Positions 1 through 10,409 are shown, counted from the first letter of the stretch. The stretch is DNA of 64,000 bases from Methanocaldococcus indicus (GCF_049554935.1 NZ_CP186926.1:416001-480000); one strand, 5' to 3'. The notes: generated by a model not told the origin, from the letters alone. A program made the numbers and translations.

Positions 1-143
1 ACTGCCAACAATCTCCTTGTGTTTATCTTACAGATGATACATTAGGTGATGCAAGAACTACATATAAGCAAATGAAAGATAGGCATATATCATTTATTAA
101 GAAGGTGAAACTTAATGACATCTGTAGAAAATGCATATGGTAA
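1..143 (+). CDS. 3' end of a gene entering the window; probable radical SAM SPASM/twitch-type C-terminal domain
   Basis: Frame from nt 3 reads CQQSPCVYLTDDTLGDARTTYKQMKDRHISFIKKVKLNDICRKCIW* (PC...LG...CxxC pattern); stop at 141-143 overlaps the next gene's start. Confidence 0.5.
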   Translation, partial: CQQSPCVYLTDDTLGDARTTYKQMKDRHISFIKKVKLNDICRKCIW

Positions 144-687
144 TAGCAATTTATCAGTAGTTATTCTAAAAATAGGTATAGCTTTCTTATTTGCATGTTG
201 TGGATATTGGATTAGCTATTTAATGGGTGGAGAATCAGTTTTTGCTAAATGGTTATCTGCACCGTTTTTAGGTCCTACAATATTTGGAGGTATTCAATGG
301 ATATTTTGGATAGTATTGAGTAAAGAGATATGTGGAAAATATTATGGAATTGTTACAGCATTGTTTATGACTGGATTTTATCTTATGACTGAACCTTGGT
401 TTAGTGTTGTTGTCCCTGTTTGGTATAGTGTTATTGGTATAATTTCAGGTTTCTTAATTGGTTACTTAACAGAGAGATTTAACGGTGCTGTAGGATTGTC
501 AGCATTTATGGTCTTTAATTGGATATGCTTTTATTTGTTTGCAAAATATCCATCTTGGGGACCACAATATACAATTGACGGCGTTATAATTGCATTTATA
601 ATATCCATAATTTCAGGGTTTATAGGTGATATTGTAGCAAGATATATTGCCAAATTTATAAAACCCTACTTCCAAAGTATAGCATAA
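115..687 (+). CDS. Integral membrane protein, ECF-transporter S-component-like
   Basis: 190 aa, about 6 hydrophobic helices, Gly/aromatic-rich; size and topology resemble ECF S components. Confidence 0.45.
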   Translation: MTSVENAYGNSNLSVVILKIGIAFLFACCGYWISYLMGGESVFAKWLSAPFLGPTIFGGIQWIFWIVLSKEICGKYYGIVTALFMTGFYLMTEPWFSVVVPVWYSVIGIISGFLIGYLTERFNGAVGLSAFMVFNWICFYLFAKYPSWGPQYTIDGVIIAFIISIISGFIGDIVARYIAKFIKPYFQSIA

Positions 688-745
688 TTTTTTTTACAAA
701 AATTTTAAAATAAAATAAATTTTAAAATGAGTAAGGTGATATTGA

Positions 746-2161
746 ATGAATCCAAAGATGTACTATATAATTGGAATTATATGTCTATTAATAGCAGGAG
801 TTTTAGCAGTAGATGCCTATCAGAAATATACAAGAGAAGCATTAGCAATAGAATTAACAAATAAAGCAATACCAATAGTAACTGATGCTATAGCAAATGA
901 TAATATGACTGAATATAAAGAAGCAGAAGCTTTATTAAAAAAGGCTATTAGTTTAGACCCTAATTATCCCTGGGCTTGGTATAACTTAGCAAATGTCTAT
1001 ATAAATCAAGATCATTTCCACCATTATGATAAGTTCCCATTTCATACCTATGCACAGGATGGAGTTCCACAAGATACAAAATATTATAATGAAGGAATAT
1101 ATTGCATACATAAATTTATGGAGCTCTTGCCAGAAGCAAAACCATTAGGATACGAAAGAATTGGAGATGCTAACTACTTCTACTATGATTCATATGTAGA
1201 TAGAAAAGAAAAAGTTTTACCTAACTACTTTAAAGCATTGGATGGTGTAGATGTTATAAGGGAGTATGGAGGTAAAGGTGGAGTTGCAGCATTATATGCA
1301 AACATTGCAAGAACATATTTAGCTATGGGAGAGTTTCCAAAGTCCTTATATTACTACAATATATCAGTAAATATTCATCCAGAAGGACCAGCTTATGAAC
1401 ACTATATATGGGCATACATTATTAATGCAGAATTTGCTAATCCAAAATACTTTGAAGATGGATATAAATATGGACATAAATTCATAGATGACCTTGGAAT
1501 TAAAGGACACTGGTCTATAGACTTAGGTATGATGCCAACTGCTGTTTCAGCATATGAGTTAGGTAAATATGATGAAGTTGTAGATTTATGTAACAAAATA
1601 ATAAATGATTATCCAGACTCTCCATATGTTGGTGAGGCTCATAGATATATTGCAATGGTTGATATGAAAAGAGGAGATAAAGAAGACGCAATTAAACATC
1701 TATTAGAAAATGTTAAATTCTCAACAGCAATGACTCCTGAAGGTGGAGATGACTATCCAGGAGATATTCCAGTTGGATACTATGAAAGAGGATTAGCGTA
1801 CTATTATTTAGGAGAAGTTACAGGGAACAAATCCTATTATGAAAAAGCTTTACATGATTTTAATTACTTAGCAACTTACTGGAATGTTTCAGATAGAAGT
1901 ATAGCACATGAAAACTATTACTTCTTAGGTACAGAGATGGCTGCATTCACAAGTGCAAAATTAGGAAATCAAACATTAGCTATAAAATATGCAAAACAAG
2001 GTGTAGATGAGCTGAAATTAAAACACTGGTATGAAAGAGTTCAATTACCTGGATGGAGTAAATGCTTTGGTAATTGGTCAGAGAAAATCTATGAACTTGC
2101 AAAAGAAGGAAAACTTAATGAGACACCACTACCAACATTCTTATACCAAATAGAACACTAA
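746..2161 (+). CDS. Membrane-anchored/secreted tetratricopeptide-repeat protein
   Basis: N-terminal hydrophobic anchor; TPR motifs (KKAISLDPNYPWAWYNLANVY, YYERGLAYYYLG); GGTGA RBS upstream. Confidence 0.75.
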   Translation: MNPKMYYIIGIICLLIAGVLAVDAYQKYTREALAIELTNKAIPIVTDAIANDNMTEYKEAEALLKKAISLDPNYPWAWYNLANVYINQDHFHHYDKFPFHTYAQDGVPQDTKYYNEGIYCIHKFMELLPEAKPLGYERIGDANYFYYDSYVDRKEKVLPNYFKALDGVDVIREYGGKGGVAALYANIARTYLAMGEFPKSLYYYNISVNIHPEGPAYEHYIWAYIINAEFANPKYFEDGYKYGHKFIDDLGIKGHWSIDLGMMPTAVSAYELGKYDEVVDLCNKIINDYPDSPYVGEAHRYIAMVDMKRGDKEDAIKHLLENVKFSTAMTPEGGDDYPGDIPVGYYERGLAYYYLGEVTGNKSYYEKALHDFNYLATYWNVSDRSIAHENYYFLGTEMAAFTSAKLGNQTLAIKYAKQGVDELKLKHWYERVQLPGWSKCFGNWSEKIYELAKEGKLNETPLPTFLYQIEH

Positions 2162-2269
2162 ATTTCTATTTTTTTTATTTTTTATTTTTAATATATCATA
2201 CATACATTTATAATTATATATCGTTCTTTTAATAAAAATAAACTTTATATATTTCCGTAACTAATATAT

Positions 2270-2289
2270 TGTTCAAAAATTTTTGAACA
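2270..2289. promoter_or_regulatory. Perfect 20-bp palindrome, probable operator of the downstream GbsR/MarR regulator
   Basis: TGTTCAAAAATTTTTGAACA lies between the TATA box (CTTTATATAT ~2243-2252) and the ATG at 2310. Confidence 0.65.
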
Positions 2290-2309
2290 TTTTGAATATT
2301 GTGAGATAT

Positions 2310-2735
2310 ATGCAATATAAAAAGAAAGTTGTGGAGATGTTTGCAGAACTTGCTAAGCTACATGGATTGAACAAATCTGTTGGAGCAGTTTATGGGATCT
2401 TGTTTATTTTTGATAAGCCATTATCAATAAAGGACATCATGGAAGAACTGAAAATTAGCAAAGGAAATGTTAGTATGTCTTTAAGAAAGTTGGAAGAGCT
2501 TGGTTTTATTAAGAAAGTTTGGATTGCTGGGGAAAGGAAAAATTACTATATTGCTAAGGATGGATTTTCCTCAATTAAAGACATTGCAAAGAAAAAATAC
2601 AACATAATCTCTGAGTATTATAATGAGCTTGAGAATACAAATATTCCAAAAGAAAAGTTAGAAAAGATTGAAAGATTAAAAAAGATTTCAAATAAAATAC
2701 TGAAATGCTTGGAAGAATTAGAAAAAGAGTCATAA
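2310..2735 (+). CDS. GbsR/MarR-family HTH transcriptional regulator
   Basis: [13 protein letters not shown]...[19 protein letters not shown]...GERKNYY; ATG 2310 follows a GTGAG RBS. Confidence 0.85.
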   Translation: MQYKKKVVEMFAELAKLHGLNKSVGAVYGILFIFDKPLSIKDIMEELKISKGNVSMSLRKLEELGFIKKVWIAGERKNYYIAKDGFSSIKDIAKKKYNIISEYYNELENTNIPKEKLEKIERLKKISNKILKCLEELEKES

Positions 2736-3902
2736 GTGATTGTTATGAAATTAAGAGATATAATGGAAAAAATTGGAAGTTTTTCAGCAACAAAACCATT
2801 TTTAGTCCTTGCTATTGTTCTTCTTATTACCTTAGCATTAGCCACTCAAATTCCCCACATAAAAAAGCAAACATCTTTTGAAAAAATGTTACCTCAAAAT
2901 CTCCCAGAAGTAAAAGAGATTTATGAGGTTAGAGATGAATTTGGTGGAACTGATGTAGCAATTATAGCAGTAAAAGTAGTTCCATCAGATTGTACAGATA
3001 AAGTTGTAGATATTAGAGACCCAAGGGTTTTAGAAGCTGTTAAAATGTTAGAAGAAAATTTAAGGACAATAGACGGAGTTACAAAAGTTACTTCTCCTGT
3101 TGATATTCTTACACAGATGAATGGAGGTGTAGTTCCAAAAAGTATAGACACAGTCAATAACTTACTCCAAAAACTTCCTCCATCTGAAAGAGAAAAGATG
3201 TTTAATAAAGATTACTCTATGCTAACAATTCAAGTATTCACAGATGTTGGAGCAGATGAAAAGAAAAATAAAGCTTTTGTCCAAGCCATGGAAGAAAGAA
3301 TAAAAGAAACTCCTTTTCCTCCAGGAGTTGAAGCTATTCCTACAGGAACTCCAGTTTTAAGAGCATTAATTGGAAAATTGATGAATGAAAGTCAATTCAT
3401 AACTACAGCTGTTGCAATGATAGCTATTCTCTTTATAATTCTTATACACTTCAAAAGATTAACATCTGTCCTATTATTAACTCCATTAGTTTTAGCTTTA
3501 ATTTGGACTGGGGGCTTTATGGGATTGTTTGGGATTCCATTAGATATGGCTACTGCTGCTGTTGGTTCTTTAGTTTTAGGGTTGGGGATTGATTATGGTA
3601 TTTACTTTGGAAGTAGATACAATGAGGAAAGAGAAAATGGAAAATCTCCAGAAGAATCAGCAATAACAACTGTTAGATTTGCTGGTTCATCAGTTTTAGC
3701 AAGTGCTGCCACAACAATTGCAGGTTTATTGGCTTTAACTATAGCTCCATTACCAATGATGGCAAACTTAGGAAAAGTTTGTGCCTTAGGGATAGCAAGT
3801 TGTTGTTTCTTAACTATATTCTTCCTTCCAGCAGTTTTAGTTATAGATGAGAAATACATTCATCCAGCAATTCAAAAACTCATAAAAATGATAAAAGGGT
3901 GA
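2736..3902 (+). CDS. MMPL/RND-family exporter
   Basis: GLGIDYGIY motif, TM helices with an extracytoplasmic loop, half-size RND architecture. Confidence 0.85.
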   Translation: MIVMKLRDIMEKIGSFSATKPFLVLAIVLLITLALATQIPHIKKQTSFEKMLPQNLPEVKEIYEVRDEFGGTDVAIIAVKVVPSDCTDKVVDIRDPRVLEAVKMLEENLRTIDGVTKVTSPVDILTQMNGGVVPKSIDTVNNLLQKLPPSEREKMFNKDYSMLTIQVFTDVGADEKKNKAFVQAMEERIKETPFPPGVEAIPTGTPVLRALIGKLMNESQFITTAVAMIAILFIILIHFKRLTSVLLLTPLVLALIWTGGFMGLFGIPLDMATAAVGSLVLGLGIDYGIYFGSRYNEERENGKSPEESAITTVRFAGSSVLASAATTIAGLLALTIAPLPMMANLGKVCALGIASCCFLTIFFLPAVLVIDEKYIHPAIQKLIKMIKG

Positions 3903-3907
3903 GATAG

Positions 3908-5557
3908 ATGATAAAAAAATTAATCTATTTCCTTTTAACTTTAATTGTAATTTCTTCAACCTATGCACTACAAATTTTAGAGCCAGAGTATCAGCCAAAA
4001 GTTATACATCCTGGAGATGATGTAGATTTATGGGTTAAAGTTGTTAATGACAACTACAATGACAACCAAAAAGTTGAAAACTTAGTTGTTAAAATTGTTC
4101 CAGAGTATCCATTTGTATTAAAGCAAGTAAATCCAATTAAAGGAGAGGTTATAATCCCTCAACTATATGAAGGTGAGCCATACACTTGCTACTTTAAACT
4201 TCATGTTAATGAAGGTGCAAAATCTGGAAGTTATCCTATATTAATTAAAGTTAGTTATGATGTAGTTGAATATAACAATGGAGAAAAGGTAGCTACTTAT
4301 CATTATGAATACTCTAAAAAATACTATCTAAATGTTTATGGTGTAGCTGATTTTGAAGTTAATGGTTTAGCAAACTTAATCCCTGGAAAAAATCAAAATG
4401 TAACAATTGAAATAAAAAATGTTGGAACAGGAACAGCTAAAAATGTAAATGTTTATATTGGCTATACTTTAAACTCTCAAAAAATTGGAAAAGAAAGTAA
4501 AACTGTCTCAATGTATGGAATAACTGAATCAAAAAATCAAGATATTATTTATCCAACACCAATACCTCAAAATAGTCCTATAACACCATTAGGAATAACT
4601 AAGTTTTATTTAGATTATTTAAAACCAGGGGATAGTAAAAAGATAGATGTTTTATTCCACACATCTCCAAAGTTAGTTGAAGGCTCCTACCCTATCCCTG
4701 TTGTTATAACATGGACAGATGAAGATGGAAATAAAAGAGCAGAATTGGTTAGTTTAGGTTTGTATGTTAAAGGAGATATTTCCTTAGGAATTAGTAATGT
4801 ATTGACTGACCCTAAAGAAATTAAACCAGGAGACACCTATGTAAGAATAGATGTAACAATAACTAACAATGGACATGCAGAAGCTAAAAATGTAAAACTA
4901 AATCTAATAACAAGCTATCCATTTAAGGATAGTTGGAGCAACTGTAATATAAAAGATGTTGGTAATCTACTTCCAGGAGTTTCTAAAGTAGCTTCTTTCT
5001 ATATAGATGTTGATAAATATGCTAAATCTGGAATTTATGAGTTGCCTATAAAAATAACCTATATGGATAGTGAGGATAACAAATATGAAACAACAAAATA
5101 TATAAAAATATATATTAAACCTAAGCCATTATTTGAGATTTTAACAAAAAATGTTACTGTTGTAGCTGGGAAAGACAATAAAGTTTTCATAAAAATAAAG
5201 AATATAGGAAATGAAAAAGCTGTAAGAGTTAGAGTATCTGCTATTAAAAATTCTGCTCAACCATTTGATTATCCAGTTAAATCTGATACAATTGGAACAT
5301 TAATGCCAAATCAAACAGGAACAGCATATATAGTTATACATCCTGATAAAAATGCTCCTTCTAAACCATACGATATAACATTAGAAATAAGATGTGCAGG
5401 AGATAGTGATATAGGAGATAACAATGTCTATACTTATCAAAAACCACTAAAAGTTATAATAAAAGGTTCATCTTCAAATGTAGGAGTTTATTTATTAGTT
5501 GGTGTGGTTATAATAATATTGATTGTAGGATATTTTGCTTATAGAAGAAGAAAATAA
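3908..5557 (+). CDS. COG1361 S-layer-domain protein
   Basis: Signal peptide, repeated Ig-like/CARDB units (IKNVGTGTAKNV, ITNNGHAEAKNV), C-terminal TM anchor with RRRK. Confidence 0.8.
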   Translation: MIKKLIYFLLTLIVISSTYALQILEPEYQPKVIHPGDDVDLWVKVVNDNYNDNQKVENLVVKIVPEYPFVLKQVNPIKGEVIIPQLYEGEPYTCYFKLHVNEGAKSGSYPILIKVSYDVVEYNNGEKVATYHYEYSKKYYLNVYGVADFEVNGLANLIPGKNQNVTIEIKNVGTGTAKNVNVYIGYTLNSQKIGKESKTVSMYGITESKNQDIIYPTPIPQNSPITPLGITKFYLDYLKPGDSKKIDVLFHTSPKLVEGSYPIPVVITWTDEDGNKRAELVSLGLYVKGDISLGISNVLTDPKEIKPGDTYVRIDVTITNNGHAEAKNVKLNLITSYPFKDSWSNCNIKDVGNLLPGVSKVASFYIDVDKYAKSGIYELPIKITYMDSEDNKYETTKYIKIYIKPKPLFEILTKNVTVVAGKDNKVFIKIKNIGNEKAVRVRVSAIKNSAQPFDYPVKSDTIGTLMPNQTGTAYIVIHPDKNAPSKPYDITLEIRCAGDSDIGDNNVYTYQKPLKVIIKGSSSNVGVYLLVGVVIIILIVGYFAYRRRK

Positions 5558-5573
5558 AAGTTTAAAAAAATAA

Positions 5574-5632
5574 TGGCTCAGTTCGGGTAAGTATCATCAT
5601 TAAATCAGTTAACCCTCTTATCATCATTGCCA
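5574..5632 (-). ncRNA. C/D-box methylation guide sRNA
   Basis: Minus strand: TGGCA-ATGATGA(C)-TAAGAGGGTTAA-CTGA(D')-TTTA-ATGATGA(C')-TACTTACCCGAA-CTGA(D)-GCCA; two 12-nt guides and a TGGC/GCCA terminal stem. Confidence 0.9.
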
Positions 5633-8600
5633 AAAATCTAAGGTTAATTGTCTCTTTTCTTTTTTTAATTCACTTTCTTTAATGCCTAAGGATTCCATAA
5701 TTCTTAAAACAGGAGGTAAAATTTGATTTTCAATATAATAGTTAATATCTATTTCCTCTTTTTTTACTTCTTCTGGAAGTTTTACTCTCTCACTTATATT
5801 TTTTCCTCCTTTAACTACAACATAACCAATAACATCTCCAACATTTACCCTTTTTCCTTCTTTTATTAATCTCTTAGCCAATACAACATGTGGAGCAGTT
5901 GTTTTATACTCATTTATTGGTTTTGTTAATTGAGTATATATAACTAAATCATCTATATTTATTTTATGCTCTCTTAAATTTTTTATAGCTTCTTGAATAA
6001 TTTTTTTAGCTTTTTCAATATTTCCCTCTTTTAATAATGCCTCTAAAACAGCTTTTTGTGTAGTTTTTGCAATATTTGCCCAATTTCTTCTCACATACTC
6101 TAATCCTTTAATTATAATATTTCCTTCTTCATCAATTAGAGCATATTTCTTTTTAGTTATAAATAAACCTCTTTTAAAATACCCCTCAAATTCTAATTCC
6201 ATCTCACCAGGAAGCTTATTATTTATATATGTTAAGAACTCTTTAACTTTTTTTATAAGTTCTTCTTTACTAATTTTTTCTTTATATATTGCATAAAAAC
6301 CATCAGTGTCTATATAGATAGCTTTAAATCCAAACTTTTCTGCTTCTTTTATAACCTCTTTTATATACTTTCTGCCTAAATAAGTTACTATTTCAGCACA
6401 TTCTTTTGAGTAAAATCTTGCTCTTGGATATGCTAAATAACCATAATGACTGTTATGAGCAAATATATTATTTACTAAGAAGTTCTCATTCTTATTGACA
6501 CTTAAATCATACACATATCCATTATACTCAAATTCTTCAATTTCTTTAACCTTATCAAGCATTAAATCTTCAACTTCTTTATAGTTTGGATTTATAGTTA
6601 TTTTGTATCCTCTATTTTTTACTGGTGTAAATCTTGCTTTTATTCCAACCAAACTAAACATTAAAAGAAGTTGGTGCAAAAATTTCTCTGTTTTTGCCAT
6701 AAAAACATTTTGTCCTTTTGAATAATGTTTTTTTGCTTTAATAAATCCTTCTATAAAGCTTTTTAAGATACTTTCATTAGCTAAGAATATAATTTCTGGA
6801 ATATGTCTCTCATTATTCTTAAATTTAAATATATATTTGAGTATTAAATAAACTATTTTATTGTTGATACAAATACCATCTTTTATAAAAGCACCTCCAC
6901 CAAATACATCCCTAAATACCTTTTGAAGTTCTTCCACTTCATCTTTATTACTTTTATAAACTATTGTTAAATATCTTGTTTCTTCTTTACCATGAATCTT
7001 TTTTAATCTACCTTTATTTGCAAAATAACCTAAAAATTTGGCAAATTTTTTATCTACTTTAAAAAGAGCTGGAATTTTAGCAGAGAAAGCACCAATAAGA
7101 TAATCCTCAAACTCTTCATCTGGAATATATTTTAAATAGTCCTTCAATCTTTTAAAGTTGATTGTAACATAATCTCCTCTAAAAGTTCCATAAGTTATAA
7201 TTTTGTCAATATATTCTTTGTAAATACTTAACCTTTCCTTATCAAGAACTTTTATTTCAATTTTGTTAATTTTTTTGTATATCTTACCATCAATTAGTTT
7301 TAGTTTATTTAAATGTTCAATACTCTCCTTAAAGATAAGATTTAATTTATTATTTTCAATACTTTCAATTGTTGATTTTAACTTAACTAAAAACTCCTTA
7401 TTTCTAAAAATTGTTAATGATAAGTCATCAACATCATCATCCTCTACATAAGAAAGCTTTTTAGGTATATTTATTATGATATTTTTACCAACAGGTTTTA
7501 ATTTCTTTGGCACAACTATATAATCTCCTACTTTTATATCTTCTCCTTTTACACATACAACTTTATTATTCTCAAATTTAAACAAACTATGCCCTTGAGT
7601 AATTTTTATAGTTCTTCCAGATTTTAATTTTATTTTATAAGCTTTACCTTTATATCTATGTCTAATTACTGCTTTGACTTTGTTTATAGATGATTTTTTA
7701 TTATCAATATTTAAAGTGAAAGATTTTAAATTATCATCAACTTCTAAAATCTCACTATTTTCACTATACTTTATTTTATCTTTATTTTTCTCTATTAAAT
7801 TATCTATATATTTCCCAATTTTTTCTAACTTTACACCGTCCTCTTCAATAATTATTAAGTTTTCCTCTGGAAGGATACTATTAGCTAAAATCTTTAAAGA
7901 AAGTTGCTCATAGTTTAGCAAATCTCTTTCCTTTTCATCTTTTGTTACTTTCATTTGCTCTTTTATTTTTTTTCTTCTATCTACCAAATCTTTTAATGTC
8001 TTTGGAATTAAACCAACTCTTCTCTTACAGAACCAATGATTAAGGATTTTCTCACTAACATCTTTACAACACTTACAGTCTAAGGTATCTGGTGAGATGT
8101 TGTAAGTTATAATTATAGAGGGATACAATGATTTAAAATCCAAATATACTAAATCATTAAATAATCCTTTTTCAGCTTTTACATATCCCCCTTCATAGCT
8201 CTCTAAAACTCTCCTTTTATACTCTTTCTCATCTGGCTTATTAGGAACTATTAAGTTATCTAAATAAGCTCTCTTCATTAATAGATACTCTACCATCTGC
8301 CCAGAGGAGTATCTTGTAATTTCAAATAGTGTTTGATTAACAATCCTTGAAAACATAACTTCCAAAGGTAAAAAATAAGTTCCTATTTTATATGTGTATT
8401 TAGCATCTTCTAAGCTGTATTTAACTAAAATACTATTTTTCTCTTTCCAAAATTTTCCAATATCTTTATGAGAAATTTTTAATTTTTCAATATTGAATAA
8501 ATTTAAAACAACATCTTCCAATGTGTATTTAGTTAATTTTAAAACTCTCTTAGCAATTGGGAATAAATCAACATGTATCCTTCCAGGAATATATGCCTTT

Positions 8601-9373
8601 TGTCCTTTAATTTTTATTTCCTCTCCTTCTCTACCTAATTCTAACTTTATGTTGTAGAGTTTAGCTCTCTCTTTTAAATATGGAAAATCAAAATAATCTC
8701 CATTGTATGTAAAAATTAAATCATATTTTTTTAGTTCTTCAATAACTCTTTTTATAAGTTCTTTCTCATCCTTAACTCTAACAACATTTTCACAATCAAA
8801 ATCTTTATAAGTTATAACTTTTCCTCCATTCTCATCCCAAAAAGAAGCCATTATTATGGCATCATTCTTAGGTTTTGGCTCATAACCTTCATTATAAACT
8901 TCAATATCAAAAGCCACCATTTTTAATTTAGGAATATCTCTACTAACAACTCTGTTATTTCCAAAATCAAAATAGGTCATAGGAACAATATCTTTATCTA
9001 TTAAGTATCTTTTAGCAAAAGGAATATCATGCTCATAAATTTCTTTGACATCTTCATACTCCTTAATCTTTCTTAACTTAGGAACTCTTTGAGGATGTAC
9101 AGAAATAATTTTTAAAATTTCTTTTTCTTCTTTTAATATCCTTTTTTTTACAATTTCTATCTTCTCAACAAATTTTAATAAATCTTCTTTTAATAAAAAT
9201 TCTTTAATTTTCTCTACATCATCTTTCTCTATCTTATCTTTATATAGTTCAACATAAAAATATGGTTTAAACTCCCTATCTTTCAGAATAGAGTTTAATA
9301 AATAAAGATATATAATAGCTCTATCATCAACTGTTTTATAGGTGTTATCTAATAGTACATCTATCATATTCAA
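5624..9373 (-). CDS. polB: Family B DNA polymerase with one intein
   Basis: ExoI FDIE, DFKSLYPSII, KILAN/S-YG, YIDTDG motifs. Confidence 0.97.
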   Translation of the reverse strand: MNMIDVLLDNTYKTVDDRAIIYLYLLNSILKDREFKPYFYVELYKDKIEKDDVEKIKEFLLKEDLLKFVEKIEIVKKRILKEEKEILKIISVHPQRVPKLRKIKEYEDVKEIYEHDIPFAKRYLIDKDIVPMTYFDFGNNRVVSRDIPKLKMVAFDIEVYNEGYEPKPKNDAIIMASFWDENGGKVITYKDFDCENVVRVKDEKELIKRVIEELKKYDLIFTYNGDYFDFPYLKERAKLYNIKLELGREGEEIKIKGQKAYIPGRIHVDLFPIAKRVLKLTKYTLEDVVLNLFNIEKLKISHKDIGKFWKEKNSILVKYSLEDAKYTYKIGTYFLPLEVMFSRIVNQTLFEITRYSSGQMVEYLLMKRAYLDNLIVPNKPDEKEYKRRVLESYEGGYVKAEKGLFNDLVYLDFKSLYPSIIITYNISPDTLDCKCCKDVSEKILNHWFCKRRVGLIPKTLKDLVDRRKKIKEQMKVTKDEKERDLLNYEQLSLKILANSILPEENLIIIEEDGVKLEKIGKYIDNLIEKNKDKIKYSENSEILEVDDNLKSFTLNIDNKKSSINKVKAVIRHRYKGKAYKIKLKSGRTIKITQGHSLFKFENNKVVCVKGEDIKVGDYIVVPKKLKPVGKNIIINIPKKLSYVEDDDVDDLSLTIFRNKEFLVKLKSTIESIENNKLNLIFKESIEHLNKLKLIDGKIYKKINKIEIKVLDKERLSIYKEYIDKIITYGTFRGDYVTINFKRLKDYLKYIPDEEFEDYLIGAFSAKIPALFKVDKKFAKFLGYFANKGRLKKIHGKEETRYLTIVYKSNKDEVEELQKVFRDVFGGGAFIKDGICINNKIVYLILKYIFKFKNNERHIPEIIFLANESILKSFIEGFIKAKKHYSKGQNVFMAKTEKFLHQLLLMFSLVGIKARFTPVKNRGYKITINPNYKEVEDLMLDKVKEIEEFEYNGYVYDLSVNKNENFLVNNIFAHNSHYGYLAYPRARFYSKECAEIVTYLGRKYIKEVIKEAEKFGFKAIYIDTDGFYAIYKEKISKEELIKKVKEFLTYINNKLPGEMELEFEGYFKRGLFITKKKYALIDEEGNIIIKGLEYVRRNWANIAKTTQKAVLEALLKEGNIEKAKKIIQEAIKNLREHKINIDDLVIYTQLTKPINEYKTTAPHVVLAKRLIKEGKRVNVGDVIGYVVVKGGKNISERVKLPEEVKKEEIDINYYIENQILPPVLRIMESLGIKESELKKEKRQLTLDFWQ
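6452..7879 (-). mobile_element. Intein in PolB (Pol-2 site, 476 aa) with degenerate LAGLIDADG domain
   Basis: KILAN|SILPEE...TQGHSLF...VYDLSV...AHN|SHYG. Confidence 0.93.
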
Positions 9374-9393
9374 CCCTTTGTTAATGGGATGTT

Positions 9394-10338
9394 ATGATGT
9401 TGTCAATTATAATAAATAGTCTAATATTAAGTTTAAAATACACTATTAAGTTATCTATTATTGTCTTAATTATTATGTTTATTGTAGATGTTTTTATAAA
9501 CTTAGGTGGATTAAAATTTTTAGAGAAAATATTTTCTCCAATTTTAAAAAGATTGGATATTAATCCTCTTCTAATCTCTTCAATTTTAGCATGTTTTTTA
9601 AGTCCTACTGTTGGTTATAGTATTTTGTCAGAGTTGTATAAAGATAAACAAATATCTGAAAAGGAAGTTATAGCTACATCATTAGCCAACTCTTTTCCTT
9701 CTGTTTTTGCTCATACATTTACATTTTTTGTTCCTATTGTTATTCCACTTTTAGGTTTTGTAGGAATAATCTTCATATTAATTAGGTTAGGAGTTGCATT
9801 TATAAAAACTTGCATAGGTTTATTTTTACTTAACATTTTCTCATCAAAGAAAGAAATAAAAATAATTCAAAATCAAGAAGTAAATAAAAAGAAAACTTTC
9901 AAATCATCATTTAAGAGAATTATAAAATTTGCTAAAAGATTAGTTCCAACTATGTTTTTTATGCTATTTTTAGTTTCTATTTTATCAAAAATAGGATTTT
10001 TTGATTATTTAACAAAAATTTTCTATCCAATAACTTCTCTTTTAAATCTAAATCCAAATGTCATTACTATTGTATTCACTGAGATTATAAATGTGCAATC
10101 AGCTATTATATTGTCCTCAGCTCTACTAAATGAAGGGTTAATATCTGGAAAAGATGTTTTAATTGGACTAATTTTAGGAAATGTCTTAACTTTTTCATCA
10201 AGATATATAAAACATTCTCTACCACTACAAGTTTCTTTATTTGGAAAGTTAGGTTTTAAAATTGTTATGATAAATGCTATAATCACTCTAATCTTAGATA
10301 TAATTATTATTGCAATGCTAATATTTCTAAGGATATAA
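9394..10338 (+). CDS. Nucleoside-recognition (Gate) domain membrane protein
   Basis: Two hydrophobic halves; FSPILKRL...ACFLSPTVG pattern. Confidence 0.65.
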   Translation: MMLSIIINSLILSLKYTIKLSIIVLIIMFIVDVFINLGGLKFLEKIFSPILKRLDINPLLISSILACFLSPTVGYSILSELYKDKQISEKEVIATSLANSFPSVFAHTFTFFVPIVIPLLGFVGIIFILIRLGVAFIKTCIGLFLLNIFSSKKEIKIIQNQEVNKKKTFKSSFKRIIKFAKRLVPTMFFMLFLVSILSKIGFFDYLTKIFYPITSLLNLNPNVITIVFTEIINVQSAIILSSALLNEGLISGKDVLIGLILGNVLTFSSRYIKHSLPLQVSLFGKLGFKIVMINAIITLILDIIIIAMLIFLRI

Positions 10339-10409
10339 ACAAAATAATAAAGCTATTTTTATATAATAATTATTTTTATATATAAACTAAAATTTTATTG
10401 GTGATGTTG

